Below are positions 1 through 8,850 of a DNA stretch of 64,000 nt, in pieces. Position 1 is the first letter of the stretch; every line of letters begins with the position of its first letter. Both the position numbers and the translations under genes were made by a program. The notes beneath the pieces are model-generated. The model searched no databases. It worked only from the letters and a program-made list of their open reading frames with translations, and was not told where the DNA came from. This DNA comes from Candidatus Gottesmanbacteria bacterium (GTDB lineage Bacteria; Patescibacteriota; Microgenomatia; UBA10105; UBA927), in contig JACRMP010000005.1 of NCBI GenBank assembly GCA_016214885.1, positions 134,725 to 198,724 of the forward strand, in the 5' to 3' direction.

Positions 1-1438
1 CCGTTGCGACATATTTCCACACCCGGCTCTTTTGGGTATCCAAAAGATACAGATTGCCGCCAAATGCCGCCATATCGGTAATAGTTCCCCACTCGGCAGA
101 CTTAGGAATAATATTAAGCACTGCTTTTTGATCAGAAAGGCGGATTTGGTGAATGCCGTTTGGCGTCCACACATATACTTTATCGCCGTATGTTGCCACA
201 TGCACCATCCCATCAAAGCCACTGCCTCCTCCGATAATGTTACCGTTCCTATTGGCCACCCCAAGGGTATACATGGTTTTACCGATAGCATCGGCTATAC
301 CTATCGTGTCCTCAAAGAGCGATATGTCCGTTGCCTTAGCGTCTTTTTTTAAAAGCCCCATATCAAAATACAATTCCGGAGATACATCGATACTATGCAT
401 GGCGCGCGTCAAATTCTTAACGACCTCATCATAAAGCTCCTGGGCTGCCCTCCCTTCCGGGGAACGGGATTTTTTGGCCACAATGGGGGCTAATGTATCA
501 CGGGCGATCGTCAACCGCTCCCGGCCTTTAACGGGATTTAATTCCAGAAGTGCCATCCCTTCATCAAACGAATGCTGAGCGACGGCTACGGCGTCGGTTA
601 TTGAACTTTGCACTTTTACGGTATATTGCCGCCGCACCCCCAAAACAACACTTATAAAAAACAGCCCTATCACCGCATACGTCACCAAGTGGCGCGCGGA
701 AAACCGCGGGTTTGCCCGGAGCATATGGACAAATCTCCGGAGCCGCACACGGGTTTCAACGGTGGTTACCCGCCGTCCAATTGCTTTAGCATGTTTAATA
801 AATATGGTCCGTTTACCGGTTTTGGGAACCGGACTAATAGTTGCGGGGGTTGCCGCCGTCTGCAAGGCTTCATCTGCTACCGGCTGCTCCATTTCAAAAA
901 TCAATGCGGCACCCCCCTCACTGCCCTCCCGTTCATGGAGGCGCATGGTCAGCTTTTCGGCAACCTCATGGGGCTTAAGGTGGTCAAATGAACCGATAAT
1001 CTCTTCCCGGGAAAGAGCACTTACAAACGCACCCGTTGCCGCAATTATTGTGTCGCCCGCGCGCATACTCCCCGACAACGAACCTGTTCCGTCTATAAGA
1101 CGCGCAAGCCTACTGTCCCGCTTAAGATACACAGCTCCGCTCCCCCGAGAAACAACATATAGCGTCGCCCCCACAGGAACCAGCAGGATAAGACTCACCA
1201 CATCCTCATTAACTGTTGTTTCGGCAATATCGGAAAGCGCGGACAACGAGACGGGAGTGGTGTCAAAAATACGGGTGAGCTTGGTTAACAGCTGGATGCC
1301 GCGTGTGCGGGCAATACCGTCAGGAGAGTACATTTCCACTACGCCGTACGCATGAGGGGTTTGCAGCACCTGCCCCCACTGCGTATCAGTAGGAACACCC
1401 ACTACGGACGCAACAACCGGCTTCATAGAATCCACCAT
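1..1438 (-). CDS. Membrane protein: degenerate PP2C-like N-terminal domain, TM helix, helical stalk, beta-propeller-like C-terminus (3'-truncated by window edge)
   Basis: Not in ORF track. Manual translation from ATG 1438 (alternative 1426) reads MVDSMKPVVASVVG...LYVVSRGSGAVYLKRDSRLARL...GDTIIAATGAF, then TM LVTYAVIGLFFISVVLGV, and near the edge WGTITDMAAFGGNLYLLDTQKSRVWKYVAT (NHL-like repeat). Confidence 0.75.
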   Translation of the reverse strand, partial: MVDSMKPVVASVVGVPTDTQWGQVLQTPHAYGVVEMYSPDGIARTRGIQLLTKLTRIFDTTPVSLSALSDIAETTVNEDVVSLILLVPVGATLYVVSRGSGAVYLKRDSRLARLIDGTGSLSGSMRAGDTIIAATGAFVSALSREEIIGSFDHLKPHEVAEKLTMRLHEREGSEGGAALIFEMEQPVADEALQTAATPATISPVPKTGKRTIFIKHAKAIGRRVTTVETRVRLRRFVHMLRANPRFSARHLVTYAVIGLFFISVVLGVRRQYTVKVQSSITDAVAVAQHSFDEGMALLELNPVKGRERLTIARDTLAPIVAKKSRSPEGRAAQELYDEVVKNLTRAMHSIDVSPELYFDMGLLKKDAKATDISLFEDTIGIADAIGKTMYTLGVANRNGNIIGGGSGFDGMVHVATYGDKVYVWTPNGIHQIRLSDQKAVLNIIPKSAEWGTITDMAAFGGNLYLLDTQKSRVWKYVAT

Positions 1439-1467
1439 ACCATGAATCTATCGTATCACGGGGACAA

Positions 1468-1686
1468 CTATAAAATAAGAAGGGCCAGTACAAAAACGCC
1501 GATTGCCGCCGCCAGATGGAAAAACGCCGCAACCCTAAGCACCGGTTCGAATGACTCTTCCAACACCTGCGCCATGAGCTGTTCCTGGCGTAAAATAACG
1601 GTAGCAAACACCATATATAACCCCATCCCAAACAGAATAAGGTATTTAATAATGACAAATACTATGTTGGTTATATCAGGTGTCAT
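1468..1686 (-). CDS. Small two-TM membrane protein (DUF5657-like)
   Basis: 72 aa with two hydrophobic helices; start overlaps the stop of the upstream gene (ATGA). Confidence 0.65.
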   Translation of the reverse strand: MTPDITNIVFVIIKYLILFGMGLYMVFATVILRQEQLMAQVLEESFEPVLRVAAFFHLAAAIGVFVLALLIL

Positions 1687-2288
1687 AGCGATGATTTTTG
1701 ATTTTCCAATAACTCGCTGATTGCTTCAACTACCTTGGCAGGCTTCGGCACCGCTAAAAATTCTATATTCGGAAGATCTCCTCCGGCCGTCTGGACATAT
1801 GCATCGCCGTAATCAAAAAATACAGAAAATATCCCGCTGCTTTTATAACTGATATCCTGAATTTTATCGAGCCTCGCTTCAGAAAACTCCTTATAAAGAA
1901 GGTGAATAAAATCGATATCAACAATCCGCTTGTCCGTCACAATATAAATATTAAAAAACCACCGGAGAAAACTCATTAACCCAAAACCAAAGGTGACGAC
2001 ATACCAAAAAGCCGTACCCACAATGATGTAGTTTATTGGAATCTCAAACGGAAGCGTTAAAAAGGTAAATAACAGCGGAAAAAACAGCACGGGGGCAAGC
2101 GCGAGTAAGATAACCAGGAGCGCGGGACCCAACAGCACAATGAGATGCTGACGGAGAAACAGCGCGACTTTCTCTTCTTTTTCCTGTGTCTCAAAACTGA
2201 TACCTTCAGGACTCACTGCAAAACTCGTGAGCGGCGACATTATCGTGCGCTCTAAGTCAGGCTCCCTGGATGTAAATACAGTCGGCAT
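1683..2288 (-). CDS. Membrane-flanked bacterial PH-domain protein
   Basis: LRQH motif, two TM helices, then YIVTDKRIVDI...LDKIQDISY...FDYGDAYVQTAG. Start 2288 chosen because TACAAT lies 7 nt upstream. Confidence 0.8.
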   Translation of the reverse strand: MPTVFTSREPDLERTIMSPLTSFAVSPEGISFETQEKEEKVALFLRQHLIVLLGPALLVILLALAPVLFFPLLFTFLTLPFEIPINYIIVGTAFWYVVTFGFGLMSFLRWFFNIYIVTDKRIVDIDFIHLLYKEFSEARLDKIQDISYKSSGIFSVFFDYGDAYVQTAGGDLPNIEFLAVPKPAKVVEAISELLENQKSSL

Positions 2289-2345
2289 CGCGGCTATTGT
2301 ACAACAATCAGGGGCAGTCGTCACCACCACCATCCACGAGCGTGG

Positions 2346-4109
2346 CTACTTTCGCTCAATATTAAATAACGGCCCCACAATCTGGATATTGGCAGGCGCA
2401 CGGAGATTAAAAAAGTCCTTAAATTCGCTTCCCTCAAACGTGACACTCCCTGCATCACCGCTGATGGTTATTCCCGTCGTTCTTCCCAGCCCCCAGTCGA
2501 CGCCTGAGATGCTTATCCCGCTTACAGAGTTAAACGGTGTCCCGCCCCTGCTTTTGAGCTCTGCCTTAACCCTGTCCCTATCCCATGTGTCAGTGCCGGC
2601 GGGATTCGGCTTATCCGGCTGGTAGAGGTGTTCTTTTGTGCCACCGTCTTTCCTGGCAAGGAGTATAACGTTTGCCATATCCGCAACCTCTTCGCTTTTA
2701 AGCCACGCGCTCTTCCCGTATTCGTTACGAAAACCCTGTGCAGCATAAAAACAGGGTGAACTGCGATCGTATGCCTTGCTCTGCAGGTCTGAAAAGCTGG
2801 ATATGTCGCCGTTCGCATCGCGGGTCCGCTTGGTCCATGACCGGTGGCTCCCGCCCCACACATCATTATTCTGGAACGTGTACCCTCCGTCTGTTGATGA
2901 AAACCATGCGGCAATTGCAGCTCCTCCCTGCACCATCACTTTGCCCGATGTATCATTCACCGCCTGGTCCCAGGCTCCCCCTTTGGGATCTGTTTTAAAG
3001 ACCTGACAGCTTTGCGTAGCGCAAATGGAATTATTGCCGTTATCTGTTGAATACAGCGCGTAGGAACGTGCGGCGATCGCCTGTGCTTTAAGTGCTTCGG
3101 CAGGCCAGCTGGCCGGCACCTCATAAATCCGTTTTACATACTCCTCTAAACTCCCCGTCCAGATAACCGAACCTTGATTAACTCCGTTGCCATTATTCAC
3201 TTTAATCGTAATTCCCCCTTTATCCTGATAATCGTCAAAGTTGAAGTATGCACGCAGTATCCTGTCATATGAATGTCCGTCATTTGCCCGTCCTAGTGCG
3301 CCATATTGATTCATACCCACCCGGTGCGGAATGCCGTAGGTAAAAAACGCAAATGCCGGAGAAAATCCGGGATTGAGATTTCGATCATCCGTACAATACA
3401 AGGGGCCGGCTCCCAAACTCGACGGAAGATTAAGTCCTGATAATTTTGCCGCCAAAAATGACTGTTGCTTTGCAGACAACGCGGCAATTGCCGATGAAAG
3501 CTTGCTCTGATAAGCAGATGCCTCCCCTACAAGCTTCCTCACCGAAGCCGCCCTTCTGTCTAAATCTTCTTTGAGGGTTCCCAAGGTAATACGCTCTTTT
3601 TCAAGTTCCGCCTTTCTGGTTTCCAAGTCACGGATTGACACGGCGGTTTGTCCAATGAGTTTTTTATCTTCGTCAATAACGACGTGCTGATACGTAAACG
3701 CCCGCAATACCGAACCTACATTAGTAGAAGTAAGAAACGGCAATAGTGGATTATACGTTTGGGTTCTCCGGTATAACGCGGCAATCCGGCGCGTAGCAAG
3801 AGCAAGTGCGTCTGATAATTCATCTTCGGCAACTAAAATTGCCGCTGCTTTCTTAACAAGATCTGCTTCTATCTTCTTGATGCTTGCCTGAAAAGCGGCT
3901 ATATCCGCTTCCATTTTAGCAAGCGCGGAAACATGTGGAGCCTTCGCCTTTTCCATCTGATTCCACTCTTCCTGGCATTTCTCAATTTTCCTTAAACATT
4001 CATCACGGTCACCACAATTGCCGTCACAACTTTGCGCCAAAGCTACAGAGGGAGTAAATAAAATAATGACAGCCAGAAGAAAAATAGACAAAAATCGGGA
4101 AAACTTCAT
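2346..4109 (-). CDS. Secreted coiled-coil + SpoIID/LytB-family peptidoglycan lytic enzyme
   Basis: Signal peptide (VALA/Q), long coiled coil, motifs HRVGMNQYGA, EVPASWPAEALKAQAIAARSYA, ICATQSCQVF, FSSTDGG. Confidence 0.85.
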   Translation of the reverse strand: MKFSRFLSIFLLAVIILFTPSVALAQSCDGNCGDRDECLRKIEKCQEEWNQMEKAKAPHVSALAKMEADIAAFQASIKKIEADLVKKAAAILVAEDELSDALALATRRIAALYRRTQTYNPLLPFLTSTNVGSVLRAFTYQHVVIDEDKKLIGQTAVSIRDLETRKAELEKERITLGTLKEDLDRRAASVRKLVGEASAYQSKLSSAIAALSAKQQSFLAAKLSGLNLPSSLGAGPLYCTDDRNLNPGFSPAFAFFTYGIPHRVGMNQYGALGRANDGHSYDRILRAYFNFDDYQDKGGITIKVNNGNGVNQGSVIWTGSLEEYVKRIYEVPASWPAEALKAQAIAARSYALYSTDNGNNSICATQSCQVFKTDPKGGAWDQAVNDTSGKVMVQGGAAIAAWFSSTDGGYTFQNNDVWGGSHRSWTKRTRDANGDISSFSDLQSKAYDRSSPCFYAAQGFRNEYGKSAWLKSEEVADMANVILLARKDGGTKEHLYQPDKPNPAGTDTWDRDRVKAELKSRGGTPFNSVSGISISGVDWGLGRTTGITISGDAGSVTFEGSEFKDFFNLRAPANIQIVGPLFNIERK

Positions 4110-4189
4110 AGAGTCTTACCATTGTACCAGACAGAGCGAAACGGGCCATTAGCTTTTATTATTTAGTAATATTTGCTACACTTATAGCC

Positions 4190-4664
4190 ATGAAACGGGC
4201 GATTCTGTCGCTATTTTTGTTTTCCATAGCTCTGTTTATCGCTTCCCCACTTGTGCGGGCTCCGTTATCACAGGTACACGCTCAGCGCCGGAACTGTGAC
4301 TGATGATTCTGTAGGAGAAAGTGCATGCCGGTTTGTCACCACTGGTGATGCCGGAGCATGGAAGTCATGTTTTGAGGGGGGGGGGGCATGGAAGGCAAGC
4401 GGTTGTATAGGTCAGGGGGGAACTCCCAATGATTTCGTCAGTTGGTTTCTGAAACTTGGCACCGGTCTGGGTGGAGGTATTGCATTCCTCCTTATCCTAT
4501 TTTCCGGATTTCAGCGTATTACAAGCGCCGGAAACCCGGAAAAACTCCATGAAGCAAAAGAGCTCATGACGGCCGCAATTTCGGGGCTGCTCCTTATTAT
4601 TTTTTCGATTTTCTTGCTTCGCCTCATCGGGGTAGATATATTACAGATACCGGGTCTCCGGTAA
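4190..4664 (+). pseudogene. VirB2/TrbC-like pilin with a frameshift between signal peptide and pilin core (or an assembly error)
   Basis: ATG 4190 gives MKRAILSLFLFSIALFIASPLVRAPLSQVHAQRRNCD* (TGA 4301-4303). The pilin core (GFQRITSAGNPEKLHEAKELMTAAISGL) is in the +1 frame and ends at 4664. Confidence 0.7.
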
Positions 4665-4668
4665 ACCT

Positions 4669-5019
4669 ATGAACAAAGTGCTTGCCCAGCTTATCATCGA
4701 AGGCAACAGTGGACTTCCGGATATATCTCTCGACGAACCGGAGGGATTTACCTTTAGCGGACAGGGTATCGGCGCTATCGTCGGACAGTCGCTTACCTAC
4801 GTATTTGCTGCAGCGGGGATTGGCCTTCTCCTCATGATTATTTCAAGCGGATATTCGCTCATCATGAGTGCCGGCGACCCCAAAAAAGCGGCCGCGGGCA
4901 AAGCCACCCTTACTAATGCCATTATCGGATTTCTTCTTATATTTGCTGCATTCTGGATTGTACAGATTATGGGGACAGTTCTGGGGTGGCAGAGTATCTT
5001 TGATATTTTTGGCCAGTAA
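4669..5019 (+). CDS. VirB2/TrbC-like T4SS pilin
   Basis: Leader MNKVLAQ; TM-SGYSLIMSAGDPKKAAAGKATLTNAIIGF-TM. Confidence 0.85.
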   Translation: MNKVLAQLIIEGNSGLPDISLDEPEGFTFSGQGIGAIVGQSLTYVFAAAGIGLLLMIISSGYSLIMSAGDPKKAAAGKATLTNAIIGFLLIFAAFWIVQIMGTVLGWQSIFDIFGQ

Positions 5020-5021
5020 CC

Positions 5022-5702
5022 TTACTTACCGAACCTTCGTTTCCGTTTGGCGTACACTTCTATCGCCTCGTCCAGTTTCTCCGGGGTAAAATCAGGCATA
5101 TGCCACACGGGAAAATACAGCTCACTGTAAACACTCTGCCATGGTAAAAAACCTGAAAGCCGCATCTCCCCACTGGTGCGGATAATGAGGTCGGGGTCAG
5201 GGACACCGGCGGTATCCAGATGAGCGGAAAAATCCTGCTCGGTAACGCGGATAGCGTCAGGCAACGAACGCACGGCGCGGAGGATCTCGTCGCGTCCTCC
5301 GTAATTCAATGCAAAAACCGCAGTAATTTTTTTGTTTTGCGCCGTCTGCTCCATAACTCCCGTGAGCGCTTTCCGGATATCCGGCGCAAACCGGGATATG
5401 TCACCGATAACCCGCACTTTCACTCCTTTGTCGTGGAGGCGCTGCCATCGTTTACGCACCGTATGCCGGAAAATCCGCATGATACCCTCTACCTCTTTTG
5501 CATCCCTGTTCCAGTTTTCCGTAGAAAACGCCCAAAACGTAATAAACGAAACCCCCCGTTTGGCCGCATGTTCAACCAGCGGCTCCAACACTTCATCGGA
5601 AACACGCTGATGCCCTGCAAGCACCGGCAGATTATGCTCTTTTGCCCAACGGCGGTTGCCGTCCATAATTATTGCGATATGAACCGGAATATTATTTGCC
5701 AT
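5022..5702 (-). CDS. uppS: Undecaprenyl diphosphate synthase (cis-prenyltransferase)
   Basis: HIAIIMDGNRRWA, FSTENWNR, YGGRDEI, DLIIRTSGEMRLSGFLPWQ. Confidence 0.95.
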   Translation of the reverse strand: MANNIPVHIAIIMDGNRRWAKEHNLPVLAGHQRVSDEVLEPLVEHAAKRGVSFITFWAFSTENWNRDAKEVEGIMRIFRHTVRKRWQRLHDKGVKVRVIGDISRFAPDIRKALTGVMEQTAQNKKITAVFALNYGGRDEILRAVRSLPDAIRVTEQDFSAHLDTAGVPDPDLIIRTSGEMRLSGFLPWQSVYSELYFPVWHMPDFTPEKLDEAIEVYAKRKRRFGK

Positions 5703-5708
5703 AATGCG

Positions 5709-6689
5709 TTAAAACAAGTGGGTGCTAACGATGTGAGCACCCCGCGCCGGCTTATTATAAATAATTTCTTCAATTCCAGGGAGCTTCATCACAGATTCCG
5801 CTACCCGCGGCTCATCATTACCCACACAGATAATATGGACATTCGGCCCGGCATCTATCGTAAAGTATACCGGTATGCCCTCAGCCCGCAAACGGACTAC
5901 GTGTGCCATTATACGCTGTGTCACGGGGCTCCAGTATCTAAGCGGCGGCACCTGACTCTGCATGACTGCATGCATATCCAGGCAATCCTCTTCTGTGACG
6001 CTCCCGAACAATGCAAAATCCTTCTTTTCTAATGCTTCCCGTATAACTGCCATACGGCGGGGCACTGCATTTAACCTAGCGGCAAGCTTTGGACTGGTGG
6101 TGACCCGCTCCATACCGTCTGTAGTTGAGACTTTTTTCATGCGTTTATCCACAATAACGAGAATATCCCGGATATCCCAGTAATCAGCAGGATGCAGTGA
6201 ATATGCATAGGAGGATTGACTGTCAGTCCCCTTTTCCCATACCGCGAATCCGTCGGGAATACTCCGGCACGCGGAGCCTGATCCCAACCGCGCAAATATC
6301 GTTTGTTCCTTTTCCGAAAGCACTGTCCCCAGTGCTGCAAAACCCGCCATCGTGAGCGCAGCAAATCCGGACGCGGAGGCTGCTGATCCCGCCCCCTTGG
6401 GGAATGTGTTTTTTGTGACCACCCTGGCTCTCAACTCGCTCCCCGCTCGTTCGCGGATACGGGTAAGTCCCTTTATAACACGTGCTTTTTCATGCTCTGA
6501 AAATTCCCCGCCAATAATATCCACACTATCCTCAATGAGTGCCGGATCAAATTCTACGGTAGTAATGGTATGCGCCCCGGTAAGATTCATCGATAGCGAA
6601 TCGTTAAGAGGCAAACGGAGCGTTTCATCGGCTTTTCCCCAATACTTAATGAAGGCAATGTTGGCAGGGGCTTTTGCTGATGCTTTCAT
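5709..6689 (-). CDS. mvaD: Diphosphomevalonate decarboxylase
   Basis: APANIAFIKYWGK, GSAASASG, RLGSGSACRS, FTIDAGPNVH. Start 6689 overlaps the upstream stop (ATGA). Confidence 0.93.
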   Translation of the reverse strand: MKASAKAPANIAFIKYWGKADETLRLPLNDSLSMNLTGAHTITTVEFDPALIEDSVDIIGGEFSEHEKARVIKGLTRIRERAGSELRARVVTKNTFPKGAGSAASASGFAALTMAGFAALGTVLSEKEQTIFARLGSGSACRSIPDGFAVWEKGTDSQSSYAYSLHPADYWDIRDILVIVDKRMKKVSTTDGMERVTTSPKLAARLNAVPRRMAVIREALEKKDFALFGSVTEEDCLDMHAVMQSQVPPLRYWSPVTQRIMAHVVRLRAEGIPVYFTIDAGPNVHIICVGNDEPRVAESVMKLPGIEEIIYNKPARGAHIVSTHLF

Positions 6690-7606
6690 GGCTCCCTCCG
6701 CACTCCCGGGGCATTCGGAGTAATGTGGATAACTTGTCCACCTGCAGCTTCTATAGCCTTTTCTATTTGGCCCCGCTTCTCCTTGGGCGCTACCGCAATC
6801 ATACAATCGCCTCCTCCGGCGCCCGACAATTTTGCCCCCCAGGCTCCCGCACCTTTAGCGGCTACTATGAGTGATTCCAGCTTTTCGGAGCTTACCCCCA
6901 AATCCCTAAGATACTCCTGATTAAAGTCCATGAGTTTCCCCACCCGCTCCCAATCTCCTTCCGCCATTTTTTCCCTGGCTCCCATAACCAGGTCCGCAAT
7001 TGCGTCAAAAATACGGGTCACCCGTTCAGTTTGTGCTGCGTATTTTTTAGCGACATCCGCAACAATGGCTGCCGTGTCAGCTTTCACCCCGGTAAACCCC
7101 ACGATAAGCGGCATATGATCACTTGCTGCGGGAGTGATGGTACGGCCAAGATGCTCATACCATACCGTGCCACCCCAAATTGCTGACGCTGCATCAAATC
7201 CTGATCCTACTTTCTGAACAGCAAGAATAGCGTTACGGGAAAGCCTGAACAGCTCGCCGGGAGTCACCTTCCTGCCAATATATTCTGCAATTGCGTATAG
7301 TGTAGCAACCGTCACCGCTGCCGACGATCCTAGCCCGTAATTACCCGAAAATCCGCTCTTTGTAGCAACCAGAACGGGCGGGAGTCTGTTCCCCCAACTC
7401 CCCTGTGCCGCTTCAATCGCGGCCGCAACAAACCGGGTGTCTGATACACCCGGCGTATCAAAATGCATCGCATTGTCGTGAGACGGTGAAAGTGAAACAG
7501 TAAGCCGTTCACTCACCGCAGTTACTAAACACGGCTTACCATACACCACCGCATGATCCCCCAACAAGAGAAGTTTACCCGGCGCGGAAACGGTTATTGT
7601 GTTCAT
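6686..7606 (-). CDS. GHMP kinase, probable phosphomevalonate kinase
   Basis: APGKLLLLGDHAVV, YGLGSSAAVTV, GSGFDAAS and KLSGAGGGDC (the GAGGGDC motif is typical of MvaK2-type enzymes). Confidence 0.8.
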   Translation of the reverse strand: MNTITVSAPGKLLLLGDHAVVYGKPCLVTAVSERLTVSLSPSHDNAMHFDTPGVSDTRFVAAAIEAAQGSWGNRLPPVLVATKSGFSGNYGLGSSAAVTVATLYAIAEYIGRKVTPGELFRLSRNAILAVQKVGSGFDAASAIWGGTVWYEHLGRTITPAASDHMPLIVGFTGVKADTAAIVADVAKKYAAQTERVTRIFDAIADLVMGAREKMAEGDWERVGKLMDFNQEYLRDLGVSSEKLESLIVAAKGAGAWGAKLSGAGGGDCMIAVAPKEKRGQIEKAIEAAGGQVIHITPNAPGVRREP

Positions 7607-8550
7607 ACAAGCACCTGTTCAAGCTTTACCCCCGCTCCTCCCAGCGTCACCTGAAATGATGGGTAATTATATTTTTTCGCCATACGGACAAGTGAGCCAG
7701 GGCCATCATGTACTGCCAGAATAATACCTGATCCGCCTTTTATCCCCCCCGCGCCACTTATCTTTGCGGCGCCCCCCGATTTTTCAATATTCCTAATAAG
7801 CGTTTTGGCGTCCGGTGATACAATTTCCATTTTTTCCAATAGCATTTCATTTTTTGTGAGCGCATCGCGAAAAACCTGTTCATCCTCATCGTGGATTGCA
7901 CAAGCCACCTCTTTGGTCACCGTTTCCACATCATGTAATAAATTGGTGAAATATCCCCCGTCTTTGTCTTTCACTTCTGCCACATGCCGGACTAAATCAC
8001 CGGTGCTTTCAATTCTGCCGGTATTAATAAGGACAAACGGCGCAAACGTTTTGGGTATTTTAAACGGCAGGAGCCACAGTGTTTTAAGAAATTCCAATTC
8101 TTTCCGATACCAAAGCAGGCCGCCGTGAGTCGCCACCGCAGGATCGCTTCCTGAACTGTTTTCGTGTTTTGCTTTTTCCGCCTGGTACGCACTTTCGTTA
8201 ATAGCCTGAGCATTCCATGGCAATCCCTGCCACGCAGATAGCGCTCCAATAAGGGCTACGGCAAGTGCAGCAGATGAACCCATACCACTACGAACGGGAA
8301 CCGTTGAGGCTATAGCAATGCCAATATCTGCATCAATGGTGACGTTATGTTTTTTCTCAAAAACAGAACAGATCGCGTCGAGATATGTGTCTTTTTTTCT
8401 GACTTCAGATAGACGTGGTGTTGCACCCTTTTCCAGAGTGACATACAAACGAAGCGAGGTTGCCACAATAAGTGTTGGCTTGCCGTATACAACCGCATGT
8501 TCACCGGATATATGAAGCTTGCCCGGAGCTGAAACAGTTACTTTTTTCAT
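7603..8550 (-). CDS. mvk: Mevalonate kinase
   Basis: APGKLHISGEHAVVYGKP, PVRSGMGSSAA, HENSSGSD, AKISGAGG. Confidence 0.85.
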   Translation of the reverse strand: MKKVTVSAPGKLHISGEHAVVYGKPTLIVATSLRLYVTLEKGATPRLSEVRKKDTYLDAICSVFEKKHNVTIDADIGIAIASTVPVRSGMGSSAALAVALIGALSAWQGLPWNAQAINESAYQAEKAKHENSSGSDPAVATHGGLLWYRKELEFLKTLWLLPFKIPKTFAPFVLINTGRIESTGDLVRHVAEVKDKDGGYFTNLLHDVETVTKEVACAIHDEDEQVFRDALTKNEMLLEKMEIVSPDAKTLIRNIEKSGGAAKISGAGGIKGGSGIILAVHDGPGSLVRMAKKYNYPSFQVTLGGAGVKLEQVLV

Positions 8551-8849
8551 ACCAGGGGTTTTGCTTTGATTCCATAAGGGATCACCCCGTCGCCGTCAGG
8601 GTGGGTCACCCTCCGCACTACGGTAACCACCTTTTGGCCAAACACGAGATCGTTTTCATCATAATCTACCAGCTGACAAGTTATTTTTTTGCCGTCCGAC
8701 AATTCTATAAGGGCTACAGGATACGGCGCCTGATCGGTAAATCCTCCGGGAGGAACACGGACAATTGTCCACGAAAGAATAAAGCCGGTTTTACCGATTA
8801 AACCAGCCACATTTTTTTGATTTCTCCACACTTTAACCGGACTTTGCAT
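8547..8849 (-). CDS. DUF35-family OB-fold scaffold protein lacking the Zn ribbon
   Basis: G-x-ILSWTIVRVPP-x-GF-x-x-QAPYPVALIELSDG...GVIPYGIK; directly downstream of the thiolase as in archaeal clusters. Confidence 0.85.
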   Translation of the reverse strand: MQSPVKVWRNQKNVAGLIGKTGFILSWTIVRVPPGGFTDQAPYPVALIELSDGKKITCQLVDYDENDLVFGQKVVTVVRRVTHPDGDGVIPYGIKAKPLV

Positions 8850-8850
8850 A

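Noticed and set aside
32-1720. Several plus-strand ORFs in the track (e.g. 762-1355)
   Set aside because: They are antisense shadows of the long minus-strand gene 1-1438 and its neighbours, with no recognisable motifs.
4301-4306. Tandem TGA TGA as possible code-25 (UGA=Gly) readthrough
   Set aside because: Readthrough would not reach the pilin frame, and TGA is a normal stop in many ATGA-coupled genes here.
4376-4386. G11 tract as the on/off switch explaining the pilin frameshift
   Set aside because: The premature stop is upstream of the tract; kept only as a possible variability hotspot.
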